This document shows, piece by piece, positions 8,573 through 16,600 of a DNA stretch of 64,000 nucleotides. The notes under the pieces were generated by a model, which saw only the letters and a list, made by a program, of their open reading frames with translations, was not told where the DNA came from and did not search any database. Each line of letters starts with the position of its first letter. The stretch's first letter is position 1. Position numbers and translations under genes: made by a program. Source of the stretch: Candidatus Micrarchaeota archaeon (GTDB lineage Archaea; Micrarchaeota; Micrarchaeia; Micrarchaeales; CABMGC01); the NCBI GenBank assembly GCA_021802765.1, contig JAJZRI010000002.1, positions 91,348-155,347 of the forward strand, read 5' to 3'.

Positions 8573-8576
8573 TATA

Positions 8577-9254
8577 TCACTCCCTTAGGCAGATCTCCAT
8601 CGCGTTGAGAATGTCCATCTCGTAGACATCTATGTTCTGCCGGTCCGAATCCATCGCGCTTCTCAGGCTGCCCTTGTGCATCGGATCTATGAATATCGGC
8701 TTGCTTCCCGATACAAGAATGTTCTCATAGTGCGCATCTCCGTGCGCCACGCCGTTCAAATTGAATGTTCTGAGCACGTCTATAGCCTTGGAGACAAGTT
8801 TCACGTAATGACCTACCTTGTTTGGGTTTGTTGTCATTTCAAGCTTGATTTTGTAATCGAAAATTCCCACCCCCTCGACGAGCTCTATCACGTATGCCAT
8901 CTTCCTCACGCCATTTGCATTGGGTTCCCTCATGAAGACCTCTGCCACAGGTTTAACGACATTTTCTGGGGCTATTGCATGAAGCCGGGATAGAAGCATC
9001 ATCTCATACGGATCAAGCCCCCCATAGTACGTGCTGGTTGTGGTGCCCTCCACGCCGCTAGAGGTCAGGAATATATTTCCATATTTATCAATTACCTGAT
9101 TGAGGAAATGTGAATTAAGGTCTCTGTTGCATTCGCCTATCTTCACAAATAACTGATCTGGAGAGTATTTCGGGAGCTGCCTTAACATGTCATTTATGTC
9201 CTCGCAGACAAGCTTTTGCACTTTGGTTTGTGGCATTTTTGTGGCGACACCCAT
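8577..9254 (-). CDS. minimal protein-kinase-like protein, paralog 6
   Basis: 225 aa. Motifs: 'PKYSPDQLFVK', 'VVKPVA', 'AYVIELVEG', 'GVAHGDAHYENILV' and 'IFIDP'. The ATG overlaps the TGA of the upstream ORF (TGATG). Confidence 0.6.
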   Translation of the reverse strand: MGVATKMPQTKVQKLVCEDINDMLRQLPKYSPDQLFVKIGECNRDLNSHFLNQVIDKYGNIFLTSSGVEGTTTSTYYGGLDPYEMMLLSRLHAIAPENVVKPVAEVFMREPNANGVRKMAYVIELVEGVGIFDYKIKLEMTTNPNKVGHYVKLVSKAIDVLRTFNLNGVAHGDAHYENILVSGSKPIFIDPMHKGSLRSAMDSDRQNIDVYEMDILNAMEICLRE

Positions 9255-9841
9255 CAGAATAACCTTCCCCTGCTCAGGGAACTCCTATTTATCAGTATCC
9301 TTACAATCGGATGTTTGCTTGAACTTTCGTAGTCGCTTACTGCCCGTACATGGACTTCTCTGACATTCTCGTCGTTTATCGAGAATATGCCTGCCTTGTT
9401 CATGCTGTTTGCGGCGAGTACTCCGAAGAGGGCCTTGTCATCTATGTTGGTGGCGCCGTCCCTTGCTGCCATGTAGCTCTTTGCAGCCTCTTCTGACATG
9501 CTGCGCTGCCTTGTCTTGTTGCCTGCCTTCTCGGCATCCTCTGCGGCCTTTGCGAACTCGTATGCCGCATGCCTTTGGTCTCCGCTCTCAAGAAGCTTCG
9601 CAGCGCACAGCTCCCTGCGGTCCGATGCGTCAGAGAATATGATCTTGGCCTGGTACCTCTTGCCTATTCTTAGGGATATGCTCCCAGCCTCCTCCAGGAG
9701 CTCGGCTCTTCTTCCTATCTCAAAATATCTGTCGCCGATCCTGTCGGCCTCGAGGTCGAGCTTGCGTGACGTTGCCTCGTATCTCATGCTCGTCTCTATC
9801 CTGTCTCTGTGCAATGACGCCAGATGCTCCCTAGAAACCAT
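9254..9841 (-). CDS. hypothetical alpha-helical protein, translationally coupled to the kinase-like array
   Basis: 195 aa, charged and Ala-rich, helix-prone. No motif recognised. Its stop overlaps the start of paralog 6. Confidence 0.45.
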   Translation of the reverse strand: MVSREHLASLHRDRIETSMRYEATSRKLDLEADRIGDRYFEIGRRAELLEEAGSISLRIGKRYQAKIIFSDASDRRELCAAKLLESGDQRHAAYEFAKAAEDAEKAGNKTRQRSMSEEAAKSYMAARDGATNIDDKALFGVLAANSMNKAGIFSINDENVREVHVRAVSDYESSSKHPIVRILINRSSLSRGRLF

Positions 9842-9870
9842 TCGGCCAACAACCCCGCACTATATCCAGA

Positions 9871-10245
9871 TTATACTCTGCCTTCGTACCTGCGCTGGTG
9901 ATAATCGCTAATTCTATCCCTTAGCTCTCTTGCAAAGGCAAGATAATTGTCCTTCTTGTCAAGATTGACTGCCGTTGCGCTTCCAGTAGCCAGCGCGGCA
10001 ACCAGGCTCACTACCTGACCTGCGTTTGAGTAGTTTCCATGGTCAGGCTGGAAGGTCAATCCCACCACTGTAAAGGCACTAAAGCCAGCCGTAGCCGCCC
10101 CGTATGCCCAGGCCCTGAACCTGTGCGCGTTGCCCTTATTTGTGAAATCGTTCTCAAGTCTTGCGACGCTTTTGAATTCGCGCGCATTTGTTATCCTTTC
10201 AGGAGCTGAATTCATCTGGGCATCTATACGCTTGCGCAATACCAT
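9871..10245 (-). CDS. small 2-TM membrane protein (helix - TM - TM - helix architecture)
   Basis: 124 aa. Two hydrophobic segments ('AWAYGAATAGFSAFTVVGL' and 'AGQVVSLVAALATGSATAV') are flanked by charged helices. Its stop lies 29 nt upstream of the start of the next gene in the cluster. Confidence 0.45.
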   Translation of the reverse strand: MVLRKRIDAQMNSAPERITNAREFKSVARLENDFTNKGNAHRFRAWAYGAATAGFSAFTVVGLTFQPDHGNYSNAGQVVSLVAALATGSATAVNLDKKDNYLAFARELRDRISDYHQRRYEGRV

Positions 10246-10332
10246 ATTTATCGGTATAAATAGCGTCGTTCCTTATATTTAAAGGTGGCCCAAATTGGCA
10301 AAATTAGGAATTTTTTTGTTATTATGATAGTA

Positions 10333-11025
10333 CTAAATTCTTATACCCGGTTTGAGTCCGACGATGCTTGTTCCGTGTTCCCTGAGCTTCTCGGTCTCGC
10401 GCTCTATATACCCAGATATCCTTTTGGATCTAGAGAAGAGCAGGTTTCCTGCTATCTTTATATCTATTGCATCTTTTGACTCTCCGATTTTATTCAAAAC
10501 CTCGTCCTTTAGCGAAAGTATCTCTTTATGCAATAAGGTCATGTGCATGTCTGCCATCCTGTTTGCTAGAGATGACGGCATCTGCCTTCCCATAGCCGAA
10601 TTTACAGCGGTAAGCTCGTTCATGAACTCCTCGAAGCTCTCCTTTATTGCCGCCTTGAATGTGTCGGATATTGTAACATTAAAATCATCTATTGCTCCAG
10701 CACCGATCCTGGCTGACCTGACAACCATCTTAGGATCGCTGCGTTTTAGAGATATATAGTGATGATCTCCTCTAAGGAGCCTTTCGTCGGATATTTTTGG
10801 TATCTCCCCGCGCACCGAGCTGATTCCTGATCTAAAAGCCGCCCCCATCTCCATCGAAGCGGAATCGACGAGCTCGAATATCGTCTTTATCCTCATCTCC
10901 TTCCATATGCTCTCAAGGCTCATATCCACTTCGTGGTGTCTAACTACTGCGCGGATTGGCAGAAAATCGCTCTTTCCTCCTTCGATTAGTTTAAGCTCTA
11001 CTCCGTTTGATGTTTTTCTTTGCAC
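10333..11025 (-). CDS. hypothetical protein, first gene of the co-directional cluster
   Basis: 230-aa ORF with a GTG start and no recognised motif. The antisense ORF 10352..10759(+) is judged a shadow. Confidence 0.4.
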   Translation of the reverse strand: MQRKTSNGVELKLIEGGKSDFLPIRAVVRHHEVDMSLESIWKEMRIKTIFELVDSASMEMGAAFRSGISSVRGEIPKISDERLLRGDHHYISLKRSDPKMVVRSARIGAGAIDDFNVTISDTFKAAIKESFEEFMNELTAVNSAMGRQMPSSLANRMADMHMTLLHKEILSLKDEVLNKIGESKDAIDIKIAGNLLFSRSKRISGYIERETEKLREHGTSIVGLKPGIRI

Positions 11026-11361
11026 GAAGCCACCCTAATTTCATTGGCCATCGATGACCGATGCGTTTTATCGCTTGCAACATGCTTGTAAACTGAATAG
11101 TATATAAACGGTTGTCATTATCGGAAGTGTGGGACAAAAACCTGTCGTCGTAGGTAAAAATTACTTGTAGAAAAGATTTAAATATGGGTATAATTATTAG
11201 AATTAGTAAGTGTCAAAGTGGCTAGCGGAAATCAGGATGTAAGATTTGCGGCATGCGTAATGCCAACATCAAGGCTAGCCTCAACTATATGGATGATATT
11301 GAATAAGTATCCCATATTTGTTGTGTAAGAGCGATAAAAAACTTCTTTTTCGGTGGCTCTT

Positions 11362-11694
11362 ATGCAACTATCAACAAATACTAGTGGGAAGGAATTCGGT
11401 GTCAGGGTTACGGACAAGGAACTCACGATACTCTACGAGATTGGACTTGAGCTAATACCTACTGCAACCGAATTCGTGGAAAACGTGGCTTATAAGTATC
11501 AGGTCTCGCAGAGCGGCGTATGGTACACGCTCAAGAAGCTAAAGGCTACGGGCTTTGTTGACTTTGCGGAGAAGGGAGCTGAGCACAGGCCCCTCGCTCT
11601 AACTGATAGCGGAACAAAAGCGATAAGGAGCAGGATCGTCGATGTAGAGAACCGGCGCTACCACTACGTAAGCGTAGCCCCTATTAAAAGATGA
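11362..11694 (+). CDS. winged-helix DNA-binding protein (MarR/ArsR-like)
   Basis: 'YQVSQSGVWYTLKKLKATGFVDF' is a typical recognition-helix-plus-wing segment. The start could be GTG 11353 or ATG 11362. Confidence 0.5.
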   Translation: MQLSTNTSGKEFGVRVTDKELTILYEIGLELIPTATEFVENVAYKYQVSQSGVWYTLKKLKATGFVDFAEKGAEHRPLALTDSGTKAIRSRIVDVENRRYHYVSVAPIKR

Positions 11695-11698
11695 TTTT

Positions 11699-12241
11699 AT
11701 GGGTTTTAGTGTTAACTTTGACAGACTGCCATCCAAGCAGGCTCTGGCATTTCCTGTCAGAAAAGGAAGTGAAGACGTGGTATTAAAGCCAAAACTGGAC
11801 AAGAATGCAAAAGCGAGCGCAATTGAATTTGCCGTGGCAAACAACGATTATCAGAGTATTAAGCAGCTTGCCCCGAAGATGGGAACTAAGGAGCTTACCG
11901 CGATGCTCTTCCTTGCAAGCGCACTGCGCACTACAAATGCCCAGACCATCCATATGCTTGTGGATTTCGGCGCAGATGTGAAGGTCAGGGATTCATATGG
12001 AAGAACATGCTTGCACGAAGCTGCCGCATTTGGGAATGCGGAGACGTCAATTGAGTTGGTGAAGGTTGGAGTGGAAGTGGATGCCGTGAGTCGGGATGGC
12101 AGCACCGCTGCAGTAGAGGCAGGCAAGTTCAGGCACTATGAAGTTGTCAGTGCACTTGAGGGCATGCACACCAATATGGGAATAAAAAACAGGTATGGCA
12201 GGAGCGCAGACTCCTATCTTAAAGATCTGCGGAGGAAATGA
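11699..12241 (+). CDS. ankyrin-repeat protein
   Basis: 180 aa with repeats such as 'IHMLVDFGADVKVRDSYGRTCLHEAAAFGNAETSIELVKVGVEVDAVSRDGSTAA'. It starts 5 nt after the wHTH gene. Confidence 0.7.
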   Translation: MGFSVNFDRLPSKQALAFPVRKGSEDVVLKPKLDKNAKASAIEFAVANNDYQSIKQLAPKMGTKELTAMLFLASALRTTNAQTIHMLVDFGADVKVRDSYGRTCLHEAAAFGNAETSIELVKVGVEVDAVSRDGSTAAVEAGKFRHYEVVSALEGMHTNMGIKNRYGRSADSYLKDLRRK

Positions 12242-12318
12242 TGGGGATAACAAATTTATTGCGAAAAAGGGTTAATTTTGCCGCGATTTCTCCGCGGCTT
12301 TTACTTCTATTTGTTATT

Positions 12319-12657
12319 TTACCTCTGTTTTAGGCCTTCTGTTCCTCCATGCAGGCTATATGCCCTTATCCCGAGCTCCTTGAGTGCGGTTGCGAATCTT
12401 AGCGAAGTGCGACCGTGCGGGCAGACTATTATCGCATCCTTGAACTGTACGACCATTTTTTCTATAGCCTTCTTATCCTGGTTAAATATTATCTCCCTTG
12501 CAATAGCTATATCCATGTTATGCACGTCTTTTGCACCTAGCGATTCGCTTACGAAGTCGAGTTCACCATAATCGTTGATGAATACATACACACTCTTGCC
12601 ATCCTGCGCGAGTACCTTGGCCTGCTGCGCGTCTATCTCTATTTCACTCATATCCAT
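12319..12657 (-). CDS. rhodanese-like domain protein
   Basis: 112 aa. The active-site-loop-like 'IIVCPHGRTSLRFA' is followed by 'LGIRAYSLHGG'. Confidence 0.55.
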   Translation of the reverse strand: MDMSEIEIDAQQAKVLAQDGKSVYVFINDYGELDFVSESLGAKDVHNMDIAIAREIIFNQDKKAIEKMVVQFKDAIIVCPHGRTSLRFATALKELGIRAYSLHGGTEGLKQR

Positions 12658-12866
12658 CCCATCTGCAACGCAACTATAAGTGCAATAACCAACACGGCCA
12701 GAAGCACGAACAGCAGGTGCGCTTTCACCCTAAGGCCCAGCTTCGGCCTCCTTGCTGCTCCAAAGTTTCCAGGATCGACAAAATTGATTTTCTCATGCAA
12801 TGCCGATTCTTCATCACTGGCTATTCTGCTCGGACTGTTTGGCATGAATAAATTGTTCACCAACAT
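12648..12866 (-). CDS. small single-TM protein
   Basis: 72 aa with a C-terminal hydrophobic helix 'LLFVLLAVLVIALIVAL'. It overlaps the rhodanese start by 10 nt. Confidence 0.3.
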   Translation of the reverse strand: MLVNNLFMPNSPSRIASDEESALHEKINFVDPGNFGAARRPKLGLRVKAHLLFVLLAVLVIALIVALQMGWI

Positions 12867-13068
12867 AATAAAAAAACAGCATGTCCAACTTCAATTTAAG
12901 GCCAACTAAAATTTAATGCCATCCGTTAATGGCCTAACGGTATCCAAATAGCTAGCAATTAAATACTTCTTGGGGAATCGCCATGACAAAATAACAGATT
13001 TATGTGCTAAAATGTGAAAACCAATTTGTTTTATATAGGAGAAAATCCAGAATAAAAATGATAAAATT

Positions 13069-13854
13069 ATGTTCTTCAGAAAAAGCACAGATAAACCACT
13101 TGAAGGTGCGGCCGGGAAAAACATGGCGGAGTACAGCGCGCTAATGTCAAAGGCTAAAGAGTATTCACTCAACGGAGAACATCGTATGGCATGGAAGACG
13201 GCCAATGAGGCAGCAAGAATAGAGGAGATATCTCACCATATGAAGTCGGCTGCTTATGCCATGGGAGATTTAGAATATGGCAAACAGGGGTGGGTATTAT
13301 CGCAAAAAAAGTATGAAGTCGTTCCGGAGTTATACGTTGAAACACCACTTTCGCCTGGGATGGAGAAATTTCAAACGCTTTCTACAGTTGTGGATATAAA
13401 CAGCGAACTTGTGAAGCGCATTTATGGCAATGTAATAAAGAATGCAGCCAAAATGCAACCCGTCACCGAGGAAAAACTGCTAGTAACTGTTGCAGATTTA
13501 ATTCATAATGGCATCGCATATAACGATCGCGATTATAGCATATATGACAGGGAGGGGATGCTGTTAACACTGCCACTTGACTACTTTATAGAAAATGGGG
13601 GCGTATGTCGCAACCAGGCGGCAGCCGTTCTTGCTTTATTGCAAAAACTAAGGAGTAATGGATACATAAATGGTGAGATGAGGATTAATGCAGGTATTAT
13701 GCCTAATGGCGACGGACATGCATATGCAGAGTACGTGGACCAAAATAGGCGCATCTGGACCATAGATGCTACTAATCTAGTAGTTTCGATTAATGGATAT
13801 GTAAAACTCTCAAGCAGACCAGATAATGCCCTACTACATGCCAAAAGAACGTAA
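13069..13854 (+). CDS. transglutaminase-like cysteine-protease-fold protein
   Basis: 261 aa. A Cys-His-Asp triad appears in the expected order and context: 'NGGVCRNQAAAVLALL', 'GDGHAYAEYV' and 'IWTIDATN'. Confidence 0.55.
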   Translation: MFFRKSTDKPLEGAAGKNMAEYSALMSKAKEYSLNGEHRMAWKTANEAARIEEISHHMKSAAYAMGDLEYGKQGWVLSQKKYEVVPELYVETPLSPGMEKFQTLSTVVDINSELVKRIYGNVIKNAAKMQPVTEEKLLVTVADLIHNGIAYNDRDYSIYDREGMLLTLPLDYFIENGGVCRNQAAAVLALLQKLRSNGYINGEMRINAGIMPNGDGHAYAEYVDQNRRIWTIDATNLVVSINGYVKLSSRPDNALLHAKRT

Positions 13855-13896
13855 GCAATACATCCTTATTTAATATTTGTAAGTTTAAAACGTATC

Positions 13897-14751
13897 ATGG
13901 GAAAGCTCGGGGCGCTATTTAGACTAACGCGGTTTGAACACAGCATACTCCTGATAATAGCCGTTATAGGTGCTGAGATTCTCGCTGGAGGCCTGCCAAG
14001 TGCGCAGGTTGCTGCATTGAGCATAATAACTCCAATATTTCTAAGCATGAGCGCTTTTGCGATTAACGATTATTTCGACGTCAACGTTGATAGGGCTAAC
14101 AAGAAGAAAAGGCCGCTGGTAACCCGGGAGCTTAGGCCATCTGACGCGCTAGCCGTGGCCTCAGTTTCCATGGTGATAGGGATTGCTGGGGGCCTGCTGC
14201 TTAACGCGTACTGCTTTATAATAGCAGTAATATTTGGCGTGCTTTCTATACTGTATAGTTATAAGCTAAAGGACGTGCCGCTGATCGGCAATTCGTATGT
14301 CGCCTTCTCCATGGCGATACCATTTGTGTTTGGCAACTATGTTATGACCTACAGGCTCCTTGATAGCGTGGTATTGATATTCTTCCTCATATTCATAAGT
14401 GGCCTGGGGCGTGAGATATATGGCACGATAAGGGACTTTGATGGAGATAAGAAGCGCGGAGCCATGACTGTGCCGATGCTAATAGGTAAAAAGGCGTCAG
14501 CGTACCTAGGATTGCTGCTCTATCTGGCTGCGGTTGCAATATCTGTTTATCTCTTTTTACACGTGCTGCCATTTGCTGGGAACATACTGTACGTCTCTTT
14601 GATATTAATATCTGATTTTATGTTGGTCCTATCAAGCATTCCGTTCATGCTGGCTAATAGAAATTGGTATGGCTATGCCAGAAACCTATCCCTTGGGGCT
14701 ATGGGACTGGCGCTTTTATGCATACTACTTTCGGCTGTAATATATGTTTAA
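13897..14751 (+). CDS. UbiA-family prenyltransferase (likely digeranylgeranylglyceryl phosphate synthase)
   Basis: 284 aa and polytopic. Contains the first Asp-rich motif 'NDYFDVNVDRANKKKRP' and the second region 'RDFDGDKKRG'. Confidence 0.7.
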   Translation: MGKLGALFRLTRFEHSILLIIAVIGAEILAGGLPSAQVAALSIITPIFLSMSAFAINDYFDVNVDRANKKKRPLVTRELRPSDALAVASVSMVIGIAGGLLLNAYCFIIAVIFGVLSILYSYKLKDVPLIGNSYVAFSMAIPFVFGNYVMTYRLLDSVVLIFFLIFISGLGREIYGTIRDFDGDKKRGAMTVPMLIGKKASAYLGLLLYLAAVAISVYLFLHVLPFAGNILYVSLILISDFMLVLSSIPFMLANRNWYGYARNLSLGAMGLALLCILLSAVIYV

Positions 14752-16565
14752 CGCGACCTTCTCCTTTTTGGCATAGATTTCTTTGGTACCTGCAGCGCCT
14801 GCTTTGGTGGAATTGATTGCGCAGTCTCAGATTGCTTCGGCCTGTTCACGATAAGAAATATGAGTATTGCAAATACCACCATGAGGAGTATTATGACAAG
14901 CATGAGCATGTAGGTAAGCGTCTGGACCTGGGCAGAGAGGCCGTTTATCTGCGCCTCTTCTGTATCAATATATGTATGAGAGGGAGTCAATCCGGCATAT
15001 ATCTCTGAATTAAGGCTTCCTAGAGCAAGGGAGAGTCTTGCAGTTGAATATATGTCTGGCGCATATGCTGACGTGCTGTTGCTTGCATTTGCCTCGTTAA
15101 GATAGAATGCGCTCTGCAATGCAAACTGCGTTGGCCATATTCCAGTTGCCCTTGAGAGGGCCGTTGAGACGGTTGATGCAATAGTATTGTATGCCGGAAC
15201 GGTTGAATTGTAGAACACGTTTGCATATGTGAGTGAATAAAGTGCAGTTGCATAGTCATTATTAGCGATGCTGTAATTGGCGGCCTGAACATAGAGCTGG
15301 TTACCATATACTTTCTGTGCATAGGCAAGCTCGCTAAGAGCCTGGCTTCTTAGATTGCTTGATTGCGTAACTGGATATCCCCCCATTCCTGCGGAGATGT
15401 TGTACATCTCACTTGTCGCCGCGCACCATGCCTGCGCAGGTGCTGCAACCTGCAGCGCCTGCATTATCTCGTCACTAGTCTGCGAGGAATTCAGGAACGA
15501 GGATGCTGATTTAAGTGTCATTAGCGCCCATGAGAGTCGCAATTTCCCTCCGATTATGAACTCGTAGTTCTGTGAAGTCATATTGGGAGTGTAGTTAAGC
15601 GCATTGCAGTATGCTGACATATTTGCTATTATCTGTCCCGCTTGTAGCTTTGACACATTCGCATATCTTAGCATCAATGCGGTTGGATCCTCTATGAATG
15701 CAAAGTCTGCCCCGGTGTAGTAATAACCCTTGGAAGATATCTGTCGGTATTGCTGAAGCTGCGAATCGAGCTGGAGCTTTGCGCTTCCAAAAAGAGTGCC
15801 GTTTATCTGGTCTATCTGGTTTTGAGTGAAGTTGAATGTGAACGCAGTAAGAGGACCGAATGTGCTCTCGTTGCACAGCGGGCATAGGGTGCTCACATTG
15901 GGAATCATTCCTGCGTGATAGTTGGTTGTTATGTTAAATGAAAGGTTCTGCGGCTCTTTTACGCCAAATGTATATGGAAGGCCCTGTGAGACATTGCTTA
16001 TTTCTACCACAGGTATTTTGTATACTTGCTGCGCCATATAATAAAGCAGATACTCTGATGAGAACCTGTCAACTGAAGGCACCAAAATAAATTCCGAATC
16101 TACTGCATTTGCTGCGCCTACCTTGTCAAAAACCCCTCCGACAGGCCCTACTGAACCGTCAGGAGAGATCGTACCTGTAACAGTAAAATTGCCAAGAAGA
16201 GGCCTCTTCTCCAAGGCAGATATTGTAAGTAGCGTGAATGCAAATCCGCCGCTGGGCCCGGAGATGTTCGGATTGTTATTTCCTATCTGAAAGGCAAAAT
16301 TATACTTTTTCTCGCTGAAATTCAGATATTGCGTTGCATATGAAACTGCAGTGTGTATTGAAGATATTGTATCGTTGCCGACATTGGGGCTGCCGCGGTT
16401 TACGATTATTGTTCCATTTCCTGGAGTTACTGCTAGCGAGATGTTAGTCATCTCTCCACGGTCAAGGCCGATGAGAACCGCTGGTGCTGTGAAATGGGCA
16501 GTGTATGCAAATGAGACCGGTCCGAGTAAAAGTAGCACGAGTGCTATGGTGCGATAATAATTCAT
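14748..16565 (-). CDS. secreted, C-terminally anchored protein with an N-terminal Lon-protease-like (S16) domain
   Basis: 605 aa. An N-terminal signal-like helix is followed by 'ISGPSGGFAFTL' (Lon GPSAG Ser motif) and 'GTISPDGSVGPVGGVFDKVGAA' (Lon catalytic Lys region). The C-terminus has a TM helix plus the basic tail 'PKRRRSR'. I counted about 23 N-x-S/T sequons by hand. Confidence 0.55.
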   Translation of the reverse strand: MNYYRTIALVLLLLGPVSFAYTAHFTAPAVLIGLDRGEMTNISLAVTPGNGTIIVNRGSPNVGNDTISSIHTAVSYATQYLNFSEKKYNFAFQIGNNNPNISGPSGGFAFTLLTISALEKRPLLGNFTVTGTISPDGSVGPVGGVFDKVGAANAVDSEFILVPSVDRFSSEYLLYYMAQQVYKIPVVEISNVSQGLPYTFGVKEPQNLSFNITTNYHAGMIPNVSTLCPLCNESTFGPLTAFTFNFTQNQIDQINGTLFGSAKLQLDSQLQQYRQISSKGYYYTGADFAFIEDPTALMLRYANVSKLQAGQIIANMSAYCNALNYTPNMTSQNYEFIIGGKLRLSWALMTLKSASSFLNSSQTSDEIMQALQVAAPAQAWCAATSEMYNISAGMGGYPVTQSSNLRSQALSELAYAQKVYGNQLYVQAANYSIANNDYATALYSLTYANVFYNSTVPAYNTIASTVSTALSRATGIWPTQFALQSAFYLNEANASNSTSAYAPDIYSTARLSLALGSLNSEIYAGLTPSHTYIDTEEAQINGLSAQVQTLTYMLMLVIILLMVVFAILIFLIVNRPKQSETAQSIPPKQALQVPKKSMPKRRRSR

Positions 16566-16600
16566 GCTAAAAGTATTGAATGAAAGGTATAAAATCCTTT

